DNA of 64,000 nucleotides. Source: a bacterium. GTDB taxonomy: Bacteria; Vulcanimicrobiota; Xenobia; Xenobiales; JADMJV01. The notes below the pieces were generated by a model, which worked only from the letters and a program-made list of their open reading frames with translations, was not told where the DNA came from and searched no databases. How positions within the stretch are numbered: the stretch's first letter is position 1; every line of letters starts with the position of its first letter. The stretch lies in NCBI GenBank assembly GCA_030149525.1, contig JASBRJ010000282.1, positions 14,491 to 78,490 on the forward strand, given 5' to 3'. This document shows positions 56,124 to 64,000 of this stretch, piece by piece. A program made the position numbers and the translations under genes.

Positions 56124-56509
56124 GAGTTGGCGATCTTCTCCAAAATCAGATCTTCTTCTACGGTTCCGTACTCCGCGTAAATCCTTTGAATAACAGCCAG
56201 GGCTACTCCGACAGTGGCAACACCCACAACGATGGCCGTCAGCATCAAAACATGGGGGACAGGATTTATGTACTGTTCGGCCATCGGCGCTAGCATGTGT
56301 CCGGAATGGCCGTGGTCGTATGGGAGGATGGGAATGTCGGCTCCATCTTTCTTCCCGATAGAGACATAAAACAGAATTATGGCGGTCTGAAATATGGAGA
56401 GTCCGATCAATTTTTTGACGAGATTGACCTTGGCGATGGCTCCATAGAGCCCGATCATGAGCAGCGCCACAAAGAAACCGTAGATAAAATGACTCTCAAA
56501 AAAGCTCAT
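56120..56509 (-). CDS. Mrp antiporter subunit C (NuoK-like)
   Basis: 129-aa three-TM protein with NuoK/MrpC pattern (LIGLSIFQTAIILFYVSIG). Confidence 0.7.
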   Translation of the reverse strand: MSFFESHFIYGFFVALLMIGLYGAIAKVNLVKKLIGLSIFQTAIILFYVSIGKKDGADIPILPYDHGHSGHMLAPMAEQYINPVPHVLMLTAIVVGVATVGVALAVIQRIYAEYGTVEEDLILEKIANS

Positions 56510-56514
56510 ACGGC

Positions 56515-57282
56515 TTACAGGCCCTCCATCTGGTTACCGCGGGAGACCAGATTGGCGTAGATGGCGAAGATAACAGAGCCTACGGTGAGTGTGACGCCAC
56601 TTTCCACGATCAGAATACCGTGGGAGCGAATCATCTCCTTAGAGATCCCCGGAGCGAGTACTCTTAAAGCTTCGTAGTCGAGGAAGTTTCCGCCCAGAAC
56701 CAGGCATAGAACTCCTGTTCCAATGTAGAGCAGTACTCCCAGGGCGGTCATGGGGACAAACAGTCCCTCCGGGAACCGAGCCAAGATGGCTCTGAGGTCG
56801 AAGCCGATGGCGAGTAAGATGAAGGAAGCTCCTAGAATAACTCCCGCCTGAAATCCGCCTCCCGGGGAATAGTGTCCGTGGGTTAACACATAGAGGCCGA
56901 ATAGGTGAGTGGGAGGGAAGAGGACCCGACAGGCCATTTCCAAGATCGGGTCTCTTGGGAGTCTTTGTCGCGCCGCCTGGACGTGGGTTGTATTTCGGTG
57001 CCGAGCCAGTGGCCCGAGGGGGAGTCTGAGAATGAGAAAGATCGCCGTACAGGCCGTGAACACTACGGTGGTCTCAAACATTGTGTCGTAGTTCCTGTAA
57101 TCGGCCAGGATCGCCGACACAAGATTAGGGACGTGTGTTTCTTCGAATGCGTGCTCGATATACTGATCCGAAAGATTCACACTGGCCGGGCTGTCCAATC
57201 GCCCCCAGGCCGGAAAGTCCGTTGAACCCCATAGCAAAATCCCACCAACGACAATGGCACAAAGTATGGCAAGACCTCTCAT
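56515..57282 (-). CDS. Mrp antiporter subunit B (MnhB/MbhE-like)
   Basis: 255-aa membrane protein with NLVSAILADYRNYDTMFETTVVF (MnhB signature). Confidence 0.7.
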   Translation of the reverse strand: MRGLAILCAIVVGGILLWGSTDFPAWGRLDSPASVNLSDQYIEHAFEETHVPNLVSAILADYRNYDTMFETTVVFTACTAIFLILRLPLGPLARHRNTTHVQAARQRLPRDPILEMACRVLFPPTHLFGLYVLTHGHYSPGGGFQAGVILGASFILLAIGFDLRAILARFPEGLFVPMTALGVLLYIGTGVLCLVLGGNFLDYEALRVLAPGISKEMIRSHGILIVESGVTLTVGSVIFAIYANLVSRGNQMEGL

Positions 57283-57575
57283 TTCGAGCTGTCCCTCCCG
57301 GTTCTTAAAATAGTGGCCAGAAAGAAGACCGTGCCGGCCCCCGCTCCCACCGCGGCTTCAGTGAAGGCCACATCCACGGCCCCTAGAGCTGCATAGACCA
57401 GGCACATCATGAATGAGTATGCACCGAGTATGATGGAGGACGTGAGCAGACAACGGCTCTCGAGCGCGGCGATGGCTGCTCCCACGATGAAAATGAGAAG
57501 AAAGAGATTGACCCACCAGATCACGAGGTTGCCTCCTCTTCGGTTTGGCCGGTATCGGCCTTGCGTCGCTGCCAA
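57279..57575 (-). CDS. MrpB N-terminal-like small membrane protein (DUF4040-like)
   Basis: ~90-aa three-TM ORF between mrpG and mrpB. The annotated ATG overlaps mrpG by 55 nt, so the true start is probably an internal GTG/TTG. Confidence 0.5.
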   Translation of the reverse strand: MAATQGRYRPNRRGGNLVIWWVNLFLLIFIVGAAIAALESRCLLTSSIILGAYSFMMCLVYAALGAVDVAFTEAAVGAGAGTVFFLATILRTGRDSSK

Positions 57576-57871
57576 GGCTTGAGACCGTTGGCGTATCCGG
57601 CGGCAACCAGGGCGTGGGAGGCGGCCGGAGAGGCCACAAAAAGAAAGACGATAATGAAAAGAAGCTTGGCTGTCCTCACGGCGTCGGCGACGCCGAAATG
57701 CTCAAAGCTGACCAGGATGATACCCGTGATAAACAGGATGGAACTCAGTGTGTCGCCCTTGGCCGCTCCGTGCATTCGAGTGTAGCAGTCTGGGAATCGA
57801 TGCACGCCGAGGACGGTGCCCAAGAAAAAGAGCAAGCCGAGGACCATAAAACAGAGTCCGGCTACGATCAT
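57521..57871 (-). CDS. Mrp antiporter subunit G
   Basis: HRFPDCYTRMHGAAKGDTL matches the MnhG/MrpG signature (RF.D.YTR.HA..K..TLG). Confidence 0.75.
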   Translation of the reverse strand: MIVAGLCFMVLGLLFFLGTVLGVHRFPDCYTRMHGAAKGDTLSSILFITGIILVSFEHFGVADAVRTAKLLFIIVFLFVASPAASHALVAAGYANGLKPWQRRKADTGQTEEEATS

Positions 57872-58191
57872 GACGACGCCTCCTCTATCTCGGGAGTGAT
57901 GTCGAGATCATGTTCGCTTCCGACTCGCTCCAACAGTCTCGCCGCTGCCAGCGAGGCGATGAAGTTGAGAAGCGCGTAAGTCAGAGCCAGGTCGATGAAC
58001 ATGTCGATGCGATGGAAGAGCAGACCTATGAGCAAGAGCAAGATCGTGGTCTTCGTTCCGATGATGTTCACACCGATCATACGATCGATCGTGGTGGGCC
58101 CGACCACCGCCCGATAAAGGAGTGGCAGCATCATCGCGATGAGAGTGCAGGATATGATCACCAGAAGGTAGTCCAAATTTTCAGTCGTCAT
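57868..58191 (-). CDS. Mrp antiporter subunit F
   Basis: 107-aa three-TM protein with MrpF pattern (GPTTIDRMIGVNIIGTKT). Confidence 0.7.
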   Translation of the reverse strand: MTTENLDYLLVIISCTLIAMMLPLLYRAVVGPTTIDRMIGVNIIGTKTTILLLLIGLLFHRIDMFIDLALTYALLNFIASLAAARLLERVGSEHDLDITPEIEEASS

Positions 58192-58705
58192 GCACTTCTG
58201 CTCCCTTCTCCTCTAGAATTTCTTTTCCACCGAAGAGCGCTAAGAGACGTCTCTCCATGTCGCCGGGTACATCGGCTCCCATCTCTTCCGTGAGAGCATG
58301 AACGATGAAGCGATCTCCGTCCACCCGAATTGTCACCGTGCCAGGAGTGAGGGTGATGGAGTGGGCCAGCAGAAAACGGGAAAAGTCATCTGCCAGGTCG
58401 GTGCGGAACTCCACCACCACCGGACTCAAGACCTTCTGCACACGAGGCGCAAAAGAAAGCTTGATCACATCGATATTGGCCTTCATAACCTGCACCAGAA
58501 GCCAGGCTATATAACCGATCAGACCCAGCGCCAACGAGACCTGTCCCCGAGGTCGTGACACTCCAGGTTGAGACAGAGCAATCTGATTGCTCACAGCCGC
58601 TACCCAGGCTGACGACAAAGCACCTAAGGTTAGGTGAAAGGGGTCAAACAGGCCTGAGAAAGCGCACCAGGTTGCAAATAGCAGAAGAAACCTCAAGCCG
58701 AACAT
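58181..58705 (-). CDS. Mrp antiporter subunit E
   Basis: MrpE signature ANIDVIKLSF...LAHSITLTPGTVTI. Confidence 0.75.
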   Translation of the reverse strand: MFGLRFLLLFATWCAFSGLFDPFHLTLGALSSAWVAAVSNQIALSQPGVSRPRGQVSLALGLIGYIAWLLVQVMKANIDVIKLSFAPRVQKVLSPVVVEFRTDLADDFSRFLLAHSITLTPGTVTIRVDGDRFIVHALTEEMGADVPGDMERRLLALFGGKEILEEKGAEVHDD

Positions 58706-58767
58706 CGGCGGCCGCCTTCTCGGATTTCCTGTCAGCCCCTCCCTGGCAGATCACGAAAACCTTGTCT

Positions 58768-59520
58768 TTATGCCGTCGTTTGCAACACTTCTCTGGCCTC
58801 CGGACGCTTGAGTTGACTGCTTTCAAGCTCCCATGGGACAAAGCCCAGGGTGTCGCAGGAAACAAGTTGATAGAGCACTTTCTTGTGACGACCGTTGAGT
58901 ATGGAAACATCCAATCGGCCGCTTCCTGAGAGATGAATATGCCCGTAGACACAGAGGTCCACTTGAGCCTCGGCCAACAGTTCCGAGAACGGCGTATTGA
59001 GATCGTTAGAAAACAGGGGAGGGTAGTGAATGAGGGCGATCTTCAGCTTCGCCTTGGGGTTCAACTGCTCCAGAGAAAGCTTGAGTCGATGAACCTCCCG
59101 GTTCAGATACTTCTCATCCTTCTCTTTGCTGTAGCCGGGTGACCCGGGCAACGACCACCCACGCGTCCCGCAGCAAGACACCTCGTCGCCGAAGTGGACG
59201 GCGTCGTTTTGGAGAAAGGTCAGTCCGGGAAAACGCTCTCGAACCTTCTTGATACCCTGCCACCAGTAGTCGTGATTGCCTCGGCAAAGCACTTTCTTCC
59301 CGGGGAGGCTTTCAATGAACCGCAAATCCTCCTCGGCGTCGTCGAGTCGCAGACCCCAAGAGTGATCTCCGGGGATCAGGAACAGATCATCATCGGTAAT
59401 AACTTCTTGGCAGGCCTGGGTGATCCGTTCAGGGTGATTTTCCCAGTGTCGTCCAAACTTGTCCATGGGCTTTTCCCCACTGGACGAGAGGTGGAAGTCT
59501 GCCATTGCAAAGATTCTCAT
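58768..59520 (-). CDS. Calcineurin-like metallophosphoesterase
   Basis: MRIFAMADFHLS (DxH), GDHSWG, GNHDYWW (GNH[DE]) and YGHIHL motifs. Start at the internal Met 59520; the 499-aa ORF-track N-terminal extension is antisense to the 59584-60429 gene. Confidence 0.75.
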   Translation of the reverse strand: MRIFAMADFHLSSSGEKPMDKFGRHWENHPERITQACQEVITDDDLFLIPGDHSWGLRLDDAEEDLRFIESLPGKKVLCRGNHDYWWQGIKKVRERFPGLTFLQNDAVHFGDEVSCCGTRGWSLPGSPGYSKEKDEKYLNREVHRLKLSLEQLNPKAKLKIALIHYPPLFSNDLNTPFSELLAEAQVDLCVYGHIHLSGSGRLDVSILNGRHKKVLYQLVSCDTLGFVPWELESSQLKRPEAREVLQTTA

Positions 59521-59583
59521 CGGAGCGGCACCTTTGACTGAGGTGGGGGAGGGGCCTTCTCCATACCATCGAAACCGGCTGCC

Positions 59584-60429
59584 ATGCTTCCATTGCCCTA
59601 CGCAAAACCATGGGAAATAGCCATTGATATCTTCGCTGTGCAAGGCCGCCCTTGTGCCGAACCACAGGAAATCATTGTAGACTACTACAGTGACGGGCGC
59701 CCTTTGTTTCAATGGGAGGCGCTTCGTCAAGCCCTGGCTTTTCGGGGGAAAGAAGATATTCTGGACTACTGCGAGCCTTGTCCGCTTTCTATCTTCGGCG
59801 GACTGGAGGGGTGCAAGGGCCCCGTGAACAATTTCGATATTCTGTTCAGGGCCCTCAATGAACTGGTGCCCGACTCCCCCTGGAACGAGGTTCCTACCGA
59901 TGGCTCGCCCATCTATCCTGAACAGCTTCGAGAACTCACTCAAGCTCTGGGTTGGACTAAGCAGCAACTGGCGGAAAAGAGCTGGCCCATAGCCCAGCCA
60001 AGGTATTTGGGTGTGCCTTTCGGCGACGGAGATTTCCTTCCAGGCAACCGACCGCAGTTCTTTGGATGGGACGGTCAAGGGCCGCCTGCACTCATCGACT
60101 ACAACGACGGATATCAGGTCTACCTGAGTCGGCACGGTCTTATTCTCAAAGCGACCCACGGTTCTCCCATCCCCCATACCTTCAGCAAGCTTTGGCGCGA
60201 AGAGAAGGGCTTTTTCGGCCTTTCCAGCAACGGCGACACTGTCAATTTTCAGGTCACTCGGGGCCACTATCCCGCCTGGCAGCTCCCCAACGACGTCGGC
60301 TCGGAGTTGGTGACAGAGAGTATTTCAGCCGACCGAGCGTTCGAAGAAGAGATAGAGCTACTGGAGGTCTTTGTTGAACTCGCAAATCAACTGGACACCG
60401 GTATCCTCATAAGATCGGAGCCTGTGTAG
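59584..60429 (+). CDS. Hypothetical protein with Cys cluster (CEPCPLSIFGGLEGCKGP), no recognisable family
   Basis: 281-aa ORF with balanced composition; its stop lies 2 nt before the downstream AI-2E start (translational coupling), and it is divergent from the phosphoesterase. Confidence 0.5.
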   Translation: MLPLPYAKPWEIAIDIFAVQGRPCAEPQEIIVDYYSDGRPLFQWEALRQALAFRGKEDILDYCEPCPLSIFGGLEGCKGPVNNFDILFRALNELVPDSPWNEVPTDGSPIYPEQLRELTQALGWTKQQLAEKSWPIAQPRYLGVPFGDGDFLPGNRPQFFGWDGQGPPALIDYNDGYQVYLSRHGLILKATHGSPIPHTFSKLWREEKGFFGLSSNGDTVNFQVTRGHYPAWQLPNDVGSELVTESISADRAFEEEIELLEVFVELANQLDTGILIRSEPV

Positions 60430-60431
60430 CC

Positions 60432-61757
60432 ATGGAAAAAACACCGGTAACAATTGCCGTGGAGCCTGAGACCGTGATAGCTGAGCCCACCCCCATATGG
60501 AAGCATATTCTGTGGGCAGTCGTGACTATCGGTTTCCTCTACGCCCTCTCGCGAATCCCCAACACTCTGATCGTCTTCAGTATGGCTTGGCTCATCGCCT
60601 ATCTGCTCAACCCTGCCGTCGACGCTCTCCAGGGGAAAAAGATCGGTCCTTTTCAGAAGACTTCGCGAGGAAAGGCGGTAGGTATCGTCGCTGGACTACT
60701 CATCGGTGTGGCGGTTGCGGCAGGAGCCTGGATGCTGCCACATCTTACCGACCAGGTGCGGGCGTTGGTGGCTCTCAAGGACAGCATTTCCGATCCTTCG
60801 GAGTTACCTATGGCGTTGAGGGAGAAGGTGGAGCCTCTCCTTCTTCGTGTCCCCGAAGCCTACAGAGAGCAGGCCATGGAGCGAGCGTCCGTTTTGATTC
60901 AGGATAGCGCCTCCGAAATCGGTGCCTGGGTTTCCAAGGGGCTCGGTTGGATCGGTTCGTTTCTAGCCCAGCTCATATCGGGCATCTTTCTTGTTTGTAC
61001 GGCTTTTCTGGTGTCGCTCTATATTCTCATGAATTGGCATGGGATGGGACGTGCTTTTCTGGAAAAACTTCCCAGGCAATATCGGGACGAGGTGTGGTCT
61101 CTTTCTCTGAAAATGAACACGATTTTCGGAGGGTATCTGAAGGCCACGATTCTCACCTCAATCGCTTGTATGATAGCCACTTTTGTCTCGCTCTTGCTGC
61201 TCTCCGCCATCACAGGGCACGAGTTTCCCTATAAGGGTCTGGTCGCCTTTGTGGCCGGGATCGCCTACCCGGTTCCCGTTATCGGAATCATAGCCACATC
61301 CATCCTAGGCGGCGTCCTCGGCTACCTCCCCGAGAGCAACCTTGGCTTCGGAATCGCAGTTCTGGTAACGATCAACGTTGTCAACGTCATCATTGACCGT
61401 ACGGTGCAGCCGAAACTGATGAGCGACGCCATCGGGGTGTCCGAACTTTTCGTCATGTTCGCGGCCTTCGCCGGTGGTGAGGTGGCAGGAATCTGGGGCA
61501 TGCTCCTCGGTATCCCCGTGGCTGCCATGGGCAAAGCTCTCTTCGAATGGTTCCACGTGAATTTCTTGGTGGTGGAGGAGTTGACACCCGAAGAGCGGCG
61601 AGAGGTTCTCGGCCCTGATGCGGAGGAAGAGACAGACGTTGAGGCGGTCCAGCCTGAGCCTGCCCAAGCCGAAGCAGAAAGCGGCAAGAAAACGGAGGCC
61701 GTGGAGCCCTCCGACAGTCGCAAAGAGTCGGCTGACGATAACTCCAAACCGTCTTGA
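60432..61757 (+). CDS. AI-2E family transporter (second copy) with acidic C-terminal tail
   Basis: Polytopic AI-2E/PerM pattern (FLEKLPRQYRDEVWSLSLKMNTIFGGYLKAT...); the C-terminal 60 aa are E/A/P-rich. Confidence 0.75.
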   Translation: MEKTPVTIAVEPETVIAEPTPIWKHILWAVVTIGFLYALSRIPNTLIVFSMAWLIAYLLNPAVDALQGKKIGPFQKTSRGKAVGIVAGLLIGVAVAAGAWMLPHLTDQVRALVALKDSISDPSELPMALREKVEPLLLRVPEAYREQAMERASVLIQDSASEIGAWVSKGLGWIGSFLAQLISGIFLVCTAFLVSLYILMNWHGMGRAFLEKLPRQYRDEVWSLSLKMNTIFGGYLKATILTSIACMIATFVSLLLLSAITGHEFPYKGLVAFVAGIAYPVPVIGIIATSILGGVLGYLPESNLGFGIAVLVTINVVNVIIDRTVQPKLMSDAIGVSELFVMFAAFAGGEVAGIWGMLLGIPVAAMGKALFEWFHVNFLVVEELTPEERREVLGPDAEEETDVEAVQPEPAQAEAESGKKTEAVEPSDSRKESADDNSKPS

Positions 61758-61761
61758 AGGT

Positions 61762-62088
61762 CTAGCTGGCGATTTGGATATCCTTGAAAACTTCGTAGGT
61801 CGCGAAGCCTATCCCGGCGCCTCCTAAGGTACCGGCGGCAACAACGCCCAATCCTACTCGTGTGGCAAGTCCCGGGTCACCGGTAAAGAGTCCCGTCACC
61901 ACAGCCGATGTGAGTGCAACAGGTGTGCTGAGGGCTCCCAAGCGCCCGGCAAAACTGAACGTCCAGTCCCCTTGAGTGATAGGCTCTGAAAATCTCTCCG
62001 CCAGAGAACGGGAGACCGGTTCGGCGGCGGGCTTTGGGGAAGGGCGAAGGTAAGAACTGCGGTTGAAGCTCGAGGCAGGTATGTTCAT
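61762..62088 (-). CDS. Possible small glycine-zipper membrane protein
   Basis: C-terminal GVVAAGTLGGAGIGFATYEVF glycine-zipper TM segment; start uncertain (Met at 62088 or at 62160, where it overlaps the terminator). Confidence 0.3.
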   Translation of the reverse strand: MNIPASSFNRSSYLRPSPKPAAEPVSRSLAERFSEPITQGDWTFSFAGRLGALSTPVALTSAVVTGLFTGDPGLATRVGLGVVAAGTLGGAGIGFATYEVFKDIQIAS

Positions 62089-62158
62089 GCTGCGAGGGTA
62101 CCCGTGTATCGTCACAAGAGTGTTAATCGTTTCTGAGATGTTATCACGGAACAGACAC

Positions 62159-62188
62159 AAAAAAAGCTCCGAAGTCGGAGCTTTTTTT
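62159..62188. terminator. Bidirectional rho-independent terminator (A7-GCTCCG-AAGT-CGGAGC-T7) downstream of eno
   Basis: Perfect 6-bp GC-rich stem with a 4-nt loop, flanked by an A-run and a T-run, 23 nt past the eno stop. Confidence 0.8.
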
Positions 62189-62210
62189 GGGAGACCAAGA
62201 GATCTTCGGG

Positions 62211-63575
<1,365 letters not shown>

Positions 63576-63616
63576 TCACCGACAGCATACCCGGTTTGTT
63601 TGAAAGTAATCTTTTT

Positions 63617-64000
63617 CTAGACGAAATGGTTGGTGACGAAGTTGATGACCATGAGACTGAAAGCTCCCACGGCTGCTGCGGCAGGCAAAGTCAGAACCCA
63701 GGCCACCAGAATATTCTGGGCCACACCCCAACGCACGGCGGAGAACCTTTTAGAGGCACCCACTCCCATGATGGAAGAGCTGATAACATGAGTGGTCGAT
63801 ACCGGCATTCCGAAAAGCGCGGTTGAGGAGAGAACACCCGCTGAGGTGATCTCGGCGGCGAACCCCTGAACCGGTTGCAACTTCACCATCTTGCCCCCCA
63901 GTGTCTTGATGATTCGCCATCCACCGGCGGATGTACCCAGGGCGATCATGGTAGCGCAGGACAACTTGACCCACACCGGGACATCGAAGGTGTCCTGCAC
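63617..64000 (-). CDS. Inorganic phosphate transporter PiT family, C-terminal portion (gene continues beyond window)
   Basis: C-terminal PiT/Pho4 family membrane helices (GVPVSTTHVISSSIMGVGA...); no start inside the window. Confidence 0.6.
   Translation of the reverse strand: MQDTFDVPVWVKLSCATMIALGTSAGGWRIIKTLGGKMVKLQPVQGFAAEITSAGVLSSTALFGMPVSTTHVISSSIMGVGASKRFSAVRWGVAQNILVAWVLTLPAAAAVGAFSLMVINFVTNHFV

Noticed and set aside
59521-60267. 250-aa N-terminal extension of the metallophosphoesterase ORF (499-aa ORF 58768-60267)
   Set aside because: Calcineurin-like phosphoesterases begin at the MRIFAMADFH (DxH) motif. The extension has no homology and is antisense to a well-formed plus-strand gene that is translationally coupled to the downstream AI-2E transporter.

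Overview
This is a GC-rich (~58-60%) bacterial chromosomal segment that is densely coding and shows no obvious transposases, CRISPR arrays or rRNA/tRNA genes. The core content is housekeeping: a 5'-truncated single-chain glycine dehydrogenase (gcvP) and msrB on the minus strand, a PlsC-type acyltransferase plus a GT2 glycosyltransferase, then a complete 14-gene complex I operon (nuoA-N, 4.26-18.76 kb). A housekeeping block follows (prfA, prmC, an accB-like gene, accC, nusB, class A PBP, mobA-like, PilZ). A long minus-strand run (36.3-47.7 kb) carries two M16 peptidases, fdhD with a YdeP-type molybdopterin oxidoreductase, two tandem paralogous membrane-anchored Cys proteins, an LMF1-family protein and larE-larB-larC. 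Further right are a subtilase, an SLC13/TrkA-C permease, an Mrp-type cation/proton antiporter cluster with three NuoL/M/N-like subunits (51.0-58.7 kb), a metallophosphoesterase, a second AI-2E transporter, eno and a partial PiT transporter. The least characterised stretch is 19.9-28.2 kb. It holds a membrane-anchored hypothetical coupled to an AI-2E transporter, a translationally coupled three-gene cassette (zinc-ribbon/DUF697-like; 653-aa helical zinc-ribbon protein; YprB-like RNase-H-fold + TPR protein), a low-complexity Gly/Pro-rich locus, a divergent RelA/SpoT-like nucleotidyltransferase with a long N-terminal extension, and a XerC/D-type recombinase. Other oddities are an accB-like gene lacking the biotinyl-lysine, disordered C-terminal tails on NuoG/NuoI/PBP1A, and a perfect palindrome spanning two convergent stop codons.
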